DNA of 32,000 nucleotides, taken from positions 1,050,001-1,082,000 of the forward strand of contig NC_017262.1 of assembly GCF_000175255.2 (NCBI RefSeq), written 5' to 3'. Of this stretch, positions 9,733-19,276 are shown piece after piece (position 1 is the first letter of the stretch; each line of letters begins with the position of its first letter). The notes under the pieces are model-generated. The model searched no databases. It was not told where the DNA came from and saw only the letters and a list, made by a program, of their open reading frames with translations. The translations under genes and the position numbers were made by a program. The DNA is from Zymomonas mobilis subsp. mobilis ATCC 10988 (lineage in GTDB: Bacteria > Pseudomonadota > Alphaproteobacteria > Sphingomonadales > Sphingomonadaceae).

Positions 9733-10752
9733 ATGGCACCGCCGCGCTCACGTAATTTTGGTTTTTCAAGGCGGGCGCAACTAGGCTTATTTGCAAGTTA
9801 TGTCGTGGCTGTCGGAGGGATTGTTGTGGCCTTGGTCATGTTGATCTTGGCCAATCTCTATCCCGCCAGTTACAATAGCGTCATTGGTTTTATCACTGAT
9901 TGCACCAGCCCGTGGCCGCGTTTAGGCCACGGGGTTGTCACCCTGTTAGATAATAGCCGGGATAATGTTGCGGGCTATATCAAGGCGGGTAGTGAAAATA
10001 TCCGTTTGAAAAAAGAATTGGAGCATCGGCAATCTGACCTTGTGCAATTACAGCTTTTGAAGGCGGATAATGGCAAGCTGAAACGCTTGTTAAATCTGGT
10101 CGATCATACGCCAGAAAAAATAGCTGTCGGGCATATCATCGGTTCCCCCTTGGCAACGAGTAATCGTCGGACGGCGATTATTGATATTGGTTCTTCCTCA
10201 GGGGTCACAAGTGGTATGCCTGTTTTGGCTGCTGAGGGTTTGGTTGGGCGTGTTTTAGCGACGGGGCATTTTTCGGCGCGCATTCTGTTGCTGATTGATC
10301 CTTCCAATACTTTACCCGTCAAAATTGCCCGTTCCGGTGTGGCTGCCTTGGCCGCGGGGCGGGGTGATGGCCCTTTGGATGTCCGGCCATTGATTGCAGG
10401 GCAATCACCTTTCCAAAAAGGTGATCTTTTGGTGACTTCCGGCACTGGAGGAATCTATCCACCTGATATTCCCGTCGCTTTTGTTACGGCTTTGAATAAT
10501 GACGGTGCGGTTGCTTTGCCCGTCGTTAATCCGGCTTCGGTGGATTATATTATGGTTGAAAAAATATTTGAGCCTGATGCCCCGCCGGAACCTTCCCTTG
10601 CGGATAAAATGCCTTCTCAAAAATTGTCCCGCAAGAAAGCGGCCAAAAATAATCCAACGGCGAGAGCTGTCACCCAACCTTTGGCAGGGCAGGCCGCCGA
10701 TAACCCTGTGAACAGCAACAGCGCATCACCGGTATCCAATAAATCCCGATGA
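9733..10752 (+). CDS. mreC: Rod shape-determining protein MreC
   Basis: Supported by its position after mreB, an N-terminal TM segment, a coiled-coil segment (LKKELEHRQSDLVQLQLLKADNGKLKRLL) and the beta-rich GMPVLAAEGLVGRV motif. The tail is a low-complexity Pro/Ala/Asn stretch. Confidence 0.9.
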   Translation: MAPPRSRNFGFSRRAQLGLFASYVVAVGGIVVALVMLILANLYPASYNSVIGFITDCTSPWPRLGHGVVTLLDNSRDNVAGYIKAGSENIRLKKELEHRQSDLVQLQLLKADNGKLKRLLNLVDHTPEKIAVGHIIGSPLATSNRRTAIIDIGSSSGVTSGMPVLAAEGLVGRVLATGHFSARILLLIDPSNTLPVKIARSGVAALAAGRGDGPLDVRPLIAGQSPFQKGDLLVTSGTGGIYPPDIPVAFVTALNNDGAVALPVVNPASVDYIMVEKIFEPDAPPEPSLADKMPSQKLSRKKAAKNNPTARAVTQPLAGQAADNPVNSNSASPVSNKSR

Positions 10753-10765
10753 AAGGAAAGCGGTT

Positions 10766-11317
10766 ATGGCTTTGACACCAGTGACGCCTCCTGCGGTAAA
10801 GCCTATTATTGCCAAAGATCAGGATTTGGGATTTTTGCCAATAAAAGCCAAGATTACCCCGATTATTATGGTTTTGTTGGCAAGCCTTTTGGAGACCGAG
10901 CCTTTTGTCGGGGTATTATCCTTCTGGCCTTCTTTAGGATTTTTAACGGCTTTGGGATGGCGATTGTTACGCCCTGAATTATGGCAAGCATGGATGGGGC
11001 TGCCTTTGGGCATGGCTAATGATATTATCAATGGTCAGCCGCCAGCGACTTCTATGATTACATGGACGGCTTGCTTTCTTATGATGGATATTGTCGATAA
11101 TCGGTTGGTATGGCGGAATTATTGGCAGGACTGGATTTTGGCAGCGGTGGCTGTTTTTTCTTCTAGCTTGCTGGCTTTATGTATGTCTTGCGGTTTTAAA
11201 GGGCATTTCGCTATCGCGCTTGTGGCCGATATGCCAAGGATTCTCGTCTCTATCTTGCTGTTTCCGGTGGTTGAATTTTTTTGTTCACTTGTGGATCGCT
11301 GGCGGTTAGCTTTATAA
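10766..11317 (+). CDS. mreD: Rod shape-determining protein MreD (polytopic membrane protein)
   Basis: A small, highly hydrophobic multi-TM protein immediately after mreC. The call rests mainly on synteny. Confidence 0.8.
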   Translation: MALTPVTPPAVKPIIAKDQDLGFLPIKAKITPIIMVLLASLLETEPFVGVLSFWPSLGFLTALGWRLLRPELWQAWMGLPLGMANDIINGQPPATSMITWTACFLMMDIVDNRLVWRNYWQDWILAAVAVFSSSLLALCMSCGFKGHFAIALVADMPRILVSILLFPVVEFFCSLVDRWRLAL

Positions 11318-11426
11318 AATAAGACTAAAATAGTCATCATTGAAAGCAGGACAGCTATTAGGCCGGCTTGTTTTTTGTAGGATTATCCATATTTTCTGCA
11401 CGCGCCCTCTTTCTATTGCGTAATAC

Positions 11427-13376
11427 TTGCCGGATTATTTTTCTGTGAAAAAGCGTAGTCATCTTATTACCCAACATTCGCTCGGCTATAGTTTTTCCCG
11501 CCGTGCTATGCTTTTTGGCGGACTGCAATTGGCAACCGGCAGTTTGTTAGCCATGCGGATGGCTTGGCTATCTGTCGCGGAAAACGAACATTATAGTCTA
11601 ATGGCTGAAGATAATCGGGTGCAGACTGTCTTGATACCGCCAAGACGGGGATGGATTGTTGATCGTCATAATCGGCCAATGGCGATCAATCATACTGATT
11701 TTCGTGTCGATATTATTCCCGATCAAATACAGGATCGGGAACGGGTGATTATTACTTTGGCCGAGCTACTCAATCTCTCTCCAGATGATGTCGATCGGAT
11801 TCGGGAAGATTTGAATAAAGCCGCCGGTTATCAGCCTGTCCCGATTGCCGAGCATCTTGATTACGAGCATTTTGCTGCGATCTCTGTCCGTTTGCCTGAA
11901 ATGGCCGGAGTAGCGCCACAAAGAAGTTATGCCCGTTATTATCCAAATGGCTCTGCAGTCGGACATTTAATCGGTTATGTCGGCGCAGCGACAACTGATG
12001 ATTATAAGAAAAATCACGATCCTTTGTTAATTACACCCGGATTTAAAATTGGGAAACAAGGGTTAGAAAAAACTTTTGATAATTATCTAAGAGGGGTTCC
12101 GGGTGCCAAGCGTTCCGAAGTGACGGCGCGCGGACGGTTAGTGCGTGATCTGGAGAATAAGCCTGATCAGCCCGGTAAAAAGCTGCCTTTAACAATTGAT
12201 GCTGGTTTACAGGATTATGCGGCGCGGCGCATTGGAGATAACAGCGCAGCCGTTGTTGTGATTGATACCGAAAATGGGGATATTTTGGCGCAAGTATCCA
12301 TGCCCTGTTTTGATCCCAATGATTTTGCCGATGGTATCAGTCATCGAGAATGGCAAAGTCTGTCTCAAGATGACCACCATCCCTTGATCGATAAAACGAT
12401 TGCGGGTCTTTACCCCCCCGGCTCGACAGTCAAGCCGATGAATGCGCTGGCTTTGCTGGAATTGGGCATTGATCCTTATGAAACGGTCAATTGCACTGGC
12501 AGTTATCAATTGGGCAGTAGTTTATTCCATTGTTGGCGGCGGCAAGGTCATGGCCCCGTCAATATGCATACGGCAATCACGCAAAGTTGTGACGTCTATT
12601 TTTACGCTATGGCGCATCGGGTTGGTATGGAGCCTTTGGCAGATATGATGCGTCAATTAGGACTGGGTGCCAGTTACCATCTGCCTTTGGGATCAGAACA
12701 TTATGGCACGGTTCCTGACCCTGCATGGAAATTGAAAAAATATCATCGCAATTGGACGGCGGCAGATACTTTGAATGCCTCGATCGGGCAGGGGGATGTT
12801 TTGGCCAATCCGTTGCAATTGGCTGTGATGGCGGCGCGATTGGCTTCGGGAAAACAGATTACGCCTCGGCTGATCCGCTCAAAAGAAATCCCTATGCCCG
12901 CCAAATTGAACGCCAAAGAATCCCATCTTGATTTTATTCGGCAGGCCATGCGGGATGTGGTGAATGGGGGGGGCACCGGTGGTGCTGCAAGATTATATGT
13001 TCCCGGTGTTGAATTGGCGGGGAAAACCGGAACGGCGCAGGTTCGGCGTATTTCAATGGCTGAACGTGGGCGCGGTGTGTTGAAAAATTCACAATTGGCT
13101 TGGCGGATGCGCGATCATGCCTTGTTTGTTTGCTTTGCACCGACAGATAACCCACGTTATGCCGCCTCGGTTGTTGTCGAACATGGTGGACATATTGACT
13201 CCGCTACGGATGGACCGGCTATTGCACGCGATGTCCTGACCTATTTGTTTGATCCCGATCGTGCTATGGCCAGTTTGAACGCTTTGGAAGTGTCGTGGGG
13301 TGGGGATCTTGCGAGCCGTATGCGTATGCGGTCGGAAAATGCCTCGAAAGCTCCATCTAAACCCAATATGACTTAG
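11427..13376 (+). CDS. mrdA: Penicillin-binding protein 2 (elongasome transpeptidase)
   Basis: Transpeptidase motifs GSTVKPM (SxxK) and GKTGTAQV (KTG) are present, with an N-terminal TM anchor, and the gene lies directly upstream of rodA. The start is uncertain: TTG 11427 in the track, GTG 11445 as an alternative, and no clear SD for either. Confidence 0.92.
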   Translation: MPDYFSVKKRSHLITQHSLGYSFSRRAMLFGGLQLATGSLLAMRMAWLSVAENEHYSLMAEDNRVQTVLIPPRRGWIVDRHNRPMAINHTDFRVDIIPDQIQDRERVIITLAELLNLSPDDVDRIREDLNKAAGYQPVPIAEHLDYEHFAAISVRLPEMAGVAPQRSYARYYPNGSAVGHLIGYVGAATTDDYKKNHDPLLITPGFKIGKQGLEKTFDNYLRGVPGAKRSEVTARGRLVRDLENKPDQPGKKLPLTIDAGLQDYAARRIGDNSAAVVVIDTENGDILAQVSMPCFDPNDFADGISHREWQSLSQDDHHPLIDKTIAGLYPPGSTVKPMNALALLELGIDPYETVNCTGSYQLGSSLFHCWRRQGHGPVNMHTAITQSCDVYFYAMAHRVGMEPLADMMRQLGLGASYHLPLGSEHYGTVPDPAWKLKKYHRNWTAADTLNASIGQGDVLANPLQLAVMAARLASGKQITPRLIRSKEIPMPAKLNAKESHLDFIRQAMRDVVNGGGTGGAARLYVPGVELAGKTGTAQVRRISMAERGRGVLKNSQLAWRMRDHALFVCFAPTDNPRYAASVVVEHGGHIDSATDGPAIARDVLTYLFDPDRAMASLNALEVSWGGDLASRMRMRSENASKAPSKPNMT

Positions 13377-13387
13377 GCGAAATCGGG

Positions 13388-14494
13388 ATGTTGTCCTTAG
13401 TACCTGCTCCTATTCGGCAGTTGCCGTGGAAGCTTTTGCTTCTGGTTATGGCTGTTGGCAGTTTTGGATTGGTTGTTTTATATTCGGCTGGAGGTGGGCT
13501 GCATCCTTGGGCGTTGAATCAAGGGCTGCGTTTCGTTTTCTTTATTTTTGTCGCGATTGCTATCAGCCGTATAGATCAGGGCAGTTTGAAGCAAATTTCT
13601 TGGCCGCTTTACGGCGGGTTATTGCTCCTCCTTATTTTTGTCGAGCTATTTGGCTTTGTAGGTGGCGGTAGTCGGCGATGGCTTAATCTGGGGATTATGA
13701 CCCTTCAGCCTTCGGAATTGATGAAGTTGGCGATTGTCCTTGCGATTTCCCGTTTTTATGATTTGCTGCCTGCGGGTGAGATTAGAACCTTTTCCGCTAT
13801 GTGGCCTGCGGCTGTTTTAATTTTGGTTCCGGCGCTTCTTGTTGCAGTTCAGCCTGACCTTGGAACGGCATTGATGATTGTCGCGGGGGGGGTAATTGTC
13901 TGTTTTTTGGCTGGATTGCCCTTATGGCTATTTATCGGGGGCGGTGTGTCCTTGGCGGCGATTGCGCCGCTCGCTTTCTTTTTTCTATTGCATGATTATC
14001 AGCGCAATCGGGTTTTGATCTTTTTAACGCCTGAAAGTGACCCTTTGGGGCGAGGATATCATATCAGTCAGTCCAAAATCGCGATTGGTTCAGGTGGTAT
14101 TTTTGGCAAGGGATTTTTGAATGGCACTCAGAGCCATCTCGATTACTTGCCTGAACGTCACACCGATTTTGTTTTTGCAACAATGGCCGAGGAATGGGGA
14201 CTGATCGGAGGGCTGTTCATTATTGTCAGTTTTATGATTATCATCAGCTGGGGCATGAAGGTGGCATTAAATGCGCCGTCACGTTTCGCCAAATTAACGG
14301 CAGCAGGCCTATCTTCGACTATTTTTTTCTATGTTGCGATCAATCTAGCTATGGTTATGGGGATGGCACCCGTAGTGGGCATTCCACTGCCTTTAGTCTC
14401 TAATGGTGGCTCGGCAATGATGAATGTGATGATTTGTTTAGGGCTGCTCATGGCGATTGATCGTTGGACACGCTATCCCAAAAAAGGATTTTGA
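13388..14494 (+). CDS. rodA: SEDS-family peptidoglycan glycosyltransferase RodA
   Basis: About 10 TM segments. The conserved SEDS stretches QPSELMKLA, QPDLGTAL, TDFVFA and PLPLVSNGGSA are present. The gene is adjacent to mrdA. Confidence 0.93.
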   Translation: MLSLVPAPIRQLPWKLLLLVMAVGSFGLVVLYSAGGGLHPWALNQGLRFVFFIFVAIAISRIDQGSLKQISWPLYGGLLLLLIFVELFGFVGGGSRRWLNLGIMTLQPSELMKLAIVLAISRFYDLLPAGEIRTFSAMWPAAVLILVPALLVAVQPDLGTALMIVAGGVIVCFLAGLPLWLFIGGGVSLAAIAPLAFFFLLHDYQRNRVLIFLTPESDPLGRGYHISQSKIAIGSGGIFGKGFLNGTQSHLDYLPERHTDFVFATMAEEWGLIGGLFIIVSFMIIISWGMKVALNAPSRFAKLTAAGLSSTIFFYVAINLAMVMGMAPVVGIPLPLVSNGGSAMMNVMICLGLLMAIDRWTRYPKKGF

Positions 14495-15101
14495 TCTGGC
14501 CTTGAGCCCATAGAGTATTTTGGCATACTCGATTGAGCCAACCTATTGTCTGAAGATTTTTCAAAGAAAGTTATAAGGTCTTATTTTTGTTATTATGATT
14601 ATTTTAAAATATAAAAATATTTTATTATTTCATTTTTTAGTATATAAATTTTTATTGATTTTATTCTTGGTAAGAATGTCCTTTGAAATTTATAGGTTGT
14701 CTTGAATGATTTTTAGAATAAATTTTTCATATAAATAGCTTTTTATAAAAATAAATAATAATAGATCGCGGTTTCTTTAAATTATATTTTAAAAAATTTT
14801 AGCGAAGTGAATATATAAAATATAGTGATGCATTATAATTCTAAATTACGGTTATATTTATTATATTTGAAATAATTATATAATTTAAAGTGTAAAAATA
14901 ACAAATTATTTCTATTTTTCTGAATTTTTTTTTAATTTACTTATCGTTTTCTTTGTTTTACCCCTTTCTTGTTAGCTAGTTTTTTAAGGGGGGTGTATAG
15001 TAAAGCCTTAGATATTTCCGCTATTGATATCAATTCACATAGAAAAAGTATGACTGATTATAAGATATTTATTTTCAGATCTTTATACTTCAAAACTATG
15101 A

Positions 15102-16094
15102 ATGGAAATAAAGATATACATGAAGTTAATCTGTAATTTTGGAATAACATTTGGATTATTCCTTGTACCCTCTTCCGTTTTTGCTACTCAAAGCAGTTTA
15201 TCTTCTAATTACCAGCAATGGTACACAGGTTCGCTTTTATCACCATCCGGCGCATTGCGTCAGGGCGGTGTCACAATCGAACCGTATATATCTTATAATC
15301 GTCCTATAGATAGTGTGGATGCTTTTGGCCACAAAGGTCCTATCTACGGTGGCACCCAAAGCATTGTTAATACAACACTCGTTAAATATGGCATTACCAA
15401 CCATTTGAGCGTTCAGCTTCATCCTCAATTTTTTTATAAATGGCGTTCCACTTATGGGAACGGGGGTGGTCAGCCTCGGGTCGGCGATTTACCGCTTGAT
15501 TTCATTTGGCGTTTTGTTGATCCGAATGAAAGTCGTCTTATTCCGGCTGTGATGCTTCAGAGTGGTATCTCTTTCCCGACAGGTCGTTATGACCATTTGA
15601 ATTCTGATAAAACCAATGCCGGTGGTAATGGTAACTATGTTTTCCGCGCTGCTTTGGTAACCCAATCGACTTATCGTATTGCGGGTCATGCTTTGCGGGT
15701 TCGTGGATGGGCTAATATCCGTAAATCTGTCCGTGATGCTGAAATCCATGGCATTAGTAGCTATGGAACCAGTAAAGATTTTATTGGTCATGCGGAAACC
15801 GGCACGAGTGGCGAGGGCGGTATTTCCGTTGAATATGGTATCAATCAACGTTGAGTTCTGGCCTGTGACGTTGCCCGTGATTGGTCTTATGGTTCCAAGG
15901 TCAAGGGTTATAATAATGCCGTTGATTATGTTGAAAAGAAAGGGCAGGGATCCGGTGCTTGGGTGGTTGCCCCGGCTGTCGAATATAACTGGTCAGCTCG
16001 CTATGGTATTATCGCCGGTGTTTCTACGCCTTTCTGGGGCAGAAATACGACTGAAAGCCTGTCAGGACAGGTCGCTTTTGATATGGTTTTCTAG
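15102..16094 (+). pseudogene. Outer-membrane beta-barrel protein (MetA-pathway/transporter-like) interrupted by one in-frame TGA at 15852-15854
   Basis: A signal peptide is present (MKLICNFGITFGLFLVPSSVFA/TQ, probable start ATG 15120). VGDLPLDF...ISFPTGRYD resembles PF13557-type barrels. After the TGA the same frame stays open for 79 more codons, with alternating beta-strand patterns, and ends in the classic OMP C-terminus ...QVAFDMVF* (stop 16092-16094). Confidence 0.7.
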
Positions 16095-16191
16095 TCACTT
16101 TTTATATTACCCAATCCATAATGGTTTTGAATATAAAATTTAACCGCTTTCTACGCTTGTTTCCGGCGCTGGGGTTTATCATATCCAAGAT

Positions 16192-18369
16192 ATGACTATC
16201 GCGATCCGCACGACGCTTGATGAGCCAGAAAATCATTTCGATTTTGTGCCTCATCGCCCCAGCCGCCCTGAAAAAACAGAGCCGTCAAAACCGTTTCGTC
16301 TTGTTTCCGATTACGAGCCAGCGGGTGATCAGCCGCAGGCCATTAGCGCCTTGTGTAAAGATATTCAAAAAGGCGAGCGGGATCAGGTTCTGTTAGGGGT
16401 AACCGGATCCGGTAAGACCTTTACCATGGCAAAAGTCATTGAGAAATTACAGCGGCCTAGTTTGATATTGGCGCCTAATAAAATTCTGGCTGCCCAGCTT
16501 TATGGTGAGTTTAAACGCTTTTTTCCTGAAAATGCGGTCGAATTTTTCGTGAGCTATTACGATTATTATCAGCCGGAAGCCTATGTGCCGAGGACAGATA
16601 CCTATATCGAAAAAGATAGCGCCATCAATGAAGCGATAGACCGGATGCGCCATGCGGCAACGCGTTCTTTATTAGAGCGCGAAGATGTTATTATCGTGGC
16701 CTCGGTTTCTTGTCTTTATGGTATCGGTTCGGTTGATACCTATTCATCCATGACCTTTCGTTTATTGAAAGGTCAATTAGTCGATCAGCGGGAAATTATT
16801 CGCCGTTTGGTTGCTTTACAGTATAAGCGCAATGAGGTTGCCTTTGGACGAGGTTCTTTCCGTGTCAAAGGCGATACCCTTGAGATATTTCCATCCCATT
16901 ATGAAGATATGGCTTGGCGTATCAGCTTTTTCGGGGATGAAATCGAAGAAATTTCTGAATTCGATCCTTTGACTGGGGTGAAGATCGCTAAACTCGACCA
17001 GATTAAAATTTATGCTAATTCTCATTATGTGACACCAGAACCGACTTTGAAGGCTGCTAATAATGCGATCCGGCGCGAGTTGGACAACCGTTTGCGGGAA
17101 TTCAAAGCTGAAGGTAAATTACTGGAAGCGCAGCGATTGGAAGAGCGCACCGAATTCGATCTGGAAATGATGGCTGCAACCGGTGCTTGTTCCGGTATTG
17201 AAAATTATTCCCGCTTTCTGACCGGACGCGCCCCCGGAGAACCTCCGCCTACTTTATTTGAATATTTGCCTGATAATGCTTTGTTATTTGTGGATGAAAG
17301 CCATCAGACGATTCCGCAAATTAACGGTATGTCACGGGGTGATTATCGCCGTAAAACGACTTTGGCTGATTATGGCTTCCGCTTGCCTTCCTGTATTGAT
17401 AACCGACCTCTTCGGTTTGAAGAATGGAATGCGATGCGTCCGCAAACCGTCTATGTTTCTGCAACGCCGGGACCGTGGGAATTGGAGCAAACTGGCGGCG
17501 TTTTTGTCGAACAGATTATTCGACCGACGGGGCTGGTTGATCCTGCAATCGAAGTTCGACCGATTGAAGAGCAGGTTGATAATCTGATCTTTGAAGCCAA
17601 GAAAACGGCGGCGGCCGGATGGCGTTCTTTGGTGACGACCTTGACCAAGAGAATGGCTGAGGATTTGACTGAATATATGTATGAAGCGGGGTTGAAAGTC
17701 CGTTACATGCATTCCGATGTCGAAACGATCGAACGCATCGAGCTTATTCGGGATTTGAGATTAGGCGTTTATGACGTCTTGATCGGTATCAACCTGTTGC
17801 GAGAAGGCTTGGATATCCCAGAATGTGGATTAGTGGCCGTATTAGATGCTGATAAAGAAGGCTTTTTGCGGTCTGAAACTTCACTGATTCAGACGATCGG
17901 TCGAGCTGCGCGTAATGCCGAAGGGCGTGTTATTTTGTATGGTGACAAGATAACCGGTTCGATGGCGCGGGCTATGGCAGAAACTGAACGCCGCCGGATT
18001 AAGCAGATTGCCTGGAATAAAGCGCATAATATTACACCTGCAACGGTTAAGCGGCAGGTCGATGATATTGTCGGTCATTTCGGTGTTATCGACAGTAGTG
18101 AGGCCGCCGCTACCATCGAAAATCATGATCCGAAGGTTTTGGCACGTTCTATTTCCGAGACTGAAAAAGAGATGTTAGAAGCCGCCGCTAATTTGGAATT
18201 TGAAAAAGCGGCACAATTAAGAGATGTCTTGCACCAGTTGAAAAGACAGGAATTGGGACTGCCTCCTGAAAAGTCGTCTGAGATCCAAGGTCGGTCTGAA
18301 GCCGGACGTCCCGGCACTCGAAAAACCAGAAGTGACAAAGCTAGGCTCAGGACTCATTCTTTGAGATAG
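16192..18369 (+). CDS. uvrB: Excinuclease ABC subunit B; the last 8 codons and the stop are supplied by the inserted IS element
   Basis: Walker [17 protein letters not shown] and the UVR domain [16 protein letters not shown] are present. From codon 718 (nt 18343) the frame runs into the IS terminal repeat (RLRTHSLR*). Confidence 0.95.
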   Translation: MTIAIRTTLDEPENHFDFVPHRPSRPEKTEPSKPFRLVSDYEPAGDQPQAISALCKDIQKGERDQVLLGVTGSGKTFTMAKVIEKLQRPSLILAPNKILAAQLYGEFKRFFPENAVEFFVSYYDYYQPEAYVPRTDTYIEKDSAINEAIDRMRHAATRSLLEREDVIIVASVSCLYGIGSVDTYSSMTFRLLKGQLVDQREIIRRLVALQYKRNEVAFGRGSFRVKGDTLEIFPSHYEDMAWRISFFGDEIEEISEFDPLTGVKIAKLDQIKIYANSHYVTPEPTLKAANNAIRRELDNRLREFKAEGKLLEAQRLEERTEFDLEMMAATGACSGIENYSRFLTGRAPGEPPPTLFEYLPDNALLFVDESHQTIPQINGMSRGDYRRKTTLADYGFRLPSCIDNRPLRFEEWNAMRPQTVYVSATPGPWELEQTGGVFVEQIIRPTGLVDPAIEVRPIEEQVDNLIFEAKKTAAAGWRSLVTTLTKRMAEDLTEYMYEAGLKVRYMHSDVETIERIELIRDLRLGVYDVLIGINLLREGLDIPECGLVAVLDADKEGFLRSETSLIQTIGRAARNAEGRVILYGDKITGSMARAMAETERRRIKQIAWNKAHNITPATVKRQVDDIVGHFGVIDSSEAAATIENHDPKVLARSISETEKEMLEAAANLEFEKAAQLRDVLHQLKRQELGLPPEKSSEIQGRSEAGRPGTRKTRSDKARLRTHSLR
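18344..18353. repeat. IS left terminal inverted repeat (core 10 bp)
   Basis: GGCTCAGGAC is the exact reverse complement of 19181-19190. Confidence 0.9.
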
Positions 18370-18791
18370 AAGATGAAACTTGCTGCGATATGGATTGCTG
18401 ACATGAATGTGTGAGCGCACCGGTCGTATCGTGTTGCGACACGCCGCCAGTCTTTGAGCTTTGCGAACATATTTTCGATGAGGTGACGCTTTTTATACAG
18501 ATGCCAGTCGTAAGGCGGCTTTGATTTCCGGTTCTTCTTCGGCGGAATACAGGCGGTGATATTCCGGTCTGCGAGAGACTGTCTGATTTTATTACTGTCG
18601 TATCCCCGGTCCCCGAGAATTTCTTGTGTTTCTTCCGGCAGATTTGCCAGCAGAACATCCGCGCCTTTGAAGTCACTGACCTGACCTGCGGTCAGATGCA
18701 GCCGGACAGGGCGGCCCTGACTATCGCATACAGCGTGAAGCTTTGAGTTCAGTCCGCCTTTCGTGCGTCCGATATGGCGGGGAAAAGCCCC
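18354..18791 (-). CDS. IS transposase OrfB (DDE catalytic part), reached by a -1 frameshift from OrfA; no start codon of its own
   Basis: My own translation of the -1 frame gives [48 protein letters not shown]...[86 protein letters not shown]. The stop TGA is the complement of 18354-18356. The slippery CAAAAAG is on the minus strand at 18791-18797. Confidence 0.8.
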   Translation of the reverse strand, partial: GAFPRHIGRTKGGLNSKLHAVCDSQGRPVRLHLTAGQVSDFKGADVLLANLPEETQEILGDRGYDSNKIRQSLADRNITACIPPKKNRKSKPPYDWHLYKKRHLIENMFAKLKDWRRVATRYDRCAHTFMSAIHIAASFIFYLKE

Positions 18792-19117
18792 TTTTTGAGC
18801 AGGGAGGCCGCTGTCCGGTGTGCTTTCAGATGTGTTGCATCGATCATCAGACGCTTTGAACGGCCTGCCTGCTCCGTCAGGGCGACGAAGATCCGGTCAA
18901 AGACACCCAGGCGGCTCCACCGGATAAACCGGTTGTATAAAGTCTTGTGCGGGCCATACGCTTTCGGGGCGTCTTTCCACTGAAGGCCGTTGCGGATCAC
19001 GTAAACGATCCCGCTCAGGACACGACGGTCATCGACACGCGGCACACCATGCGCCAGTGGAAAAAACGGCTTAATCCGTTCCATCTGGTGCTCAGACAGC
19101 AAAAACACGTCACTCAC
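18749..19117 (-). CDS. IS transposase OrfA (HTH/DNA-binding part)
   Basis: VSDVFLLSEHQMERIKPFFPLAHGVPRVDDRRVLSGIVYVIRNGLQWKDAP is typical of IS5/IS427-group OrfA. GGAGG lies 7 nt upstream of GTG 19117, which makes that start more likely than the track start GTG 19150. Confidence 0.85.
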   Translation of the reverse strand: MSDVFLLSEHQMERIKPFFPLAHGVPRVDDRRVLSGIVYVIRNGLQWKDAPKAYGPHKTLYNRFIRWSRLGVFDRIFVALTEQAGRSKRLMIDATHLKAHRTAASLLKKGLFPAISDARKAD

Positions 19118-19180
19118 AGCTTCACCTCCATCGGTAAACCTGTGAATCACAACAGCCCGCTCAACTCAAGAAATTAACAG

Positions 19181-19190
19181 GTCCTGAGCC
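19181..19190. repeat. IS right terminal inverted repeat (core 10 bp)
   Basis: GTCCTGAGCC is the exact reverse complement of 18344-18353. Confidence 0.9.
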
Positions 19191-19193
19191 TAG

Positions 19194-19263
19194 AGAAGCC
19201 AAGGCTTCTAAGCGCGTCAAGCAAGAAGCCGGTGAAAAATTATTGAGATCGCGAGGGCATTGA
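19194..19263 (+). other. Displaced original 3' end of uvrB (22 codons plus stop) separated from the gene by the IS
   Basis: Joining nt 18344 to nt 19194 (removing the IS and one CTAG copy) continues the uvrB frame as ...SDKAREAKASKRVKQEAGEKLLRSRGH* with stop TGA at 19261-19263. Confidence 0.8.
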
Positions 19264-19276
19264 TTGGGGAATAGGG

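Larger units (their letters stand above)
18344..19190 (-). mobile_element. IS5-family (IS427-group-like) insertion sequence, about 847 bp, with a two-ORF frameshifted DDE transposase
   Basis: The terminal inverted repeats GGCTCAGGAC (18344-18353) and GTCCTGAGCC (19181-19190) are perfect for 10 bp and then imperfect (..TTCTTTGAG / ..TTCTTGAG). Flanking CTAG (18341-18344 and 19190-19193) is consistent with a TA or CTAG target duplication, so the ends are accurate to +/-2 bp. The transposase carries the IS5-type motifs GDRGYDS and [23 protein letters not shown]. Confidence 0.9.

Noticed and set aside
14560-14950. A possible CRISPR array or tandem-repeat array in the AT-rich tracts. The same question applies to 29230-29480 and 31700-31860.
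   Set aside because: There are no regularly spaced direct repeats of 24-40 bp. There is only low-complexity A/T sequence with short chance repeats.
15852-15854. The TGA in the OMP gene as a selenocysteine codon.
   Set aside because: I can find no SECIS-like stem-loop in the ~40 nt downstream. A periplasm-exported barrel protein is an implausible selenoprotein, and a Trp codon one transition away fits the context.
15679-16143. A 154-aa plus-strand ORF that bridges the OMP stop codon in another frame. It could suggest a frameshift rather than a nonsense lesion.
   Set aside because: Its translation (MRVMLCGFVDGLISVNLSV...) has no beta-barrel character. The same-frame continuation after the TGA has clear OMP strands and the terminal ...FDMVF, so an in-frame stop is the better explanation.
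18347-18676. The 109-aa minus-strand ORF from the track, inside the IS.
   Set aside because: It is in the wrong frame. The DDE transposase motifs ([30 protein letters not shown]) are in a different minus-strand frame that lacks an ATG and is reached by frameshifting from OrfA.
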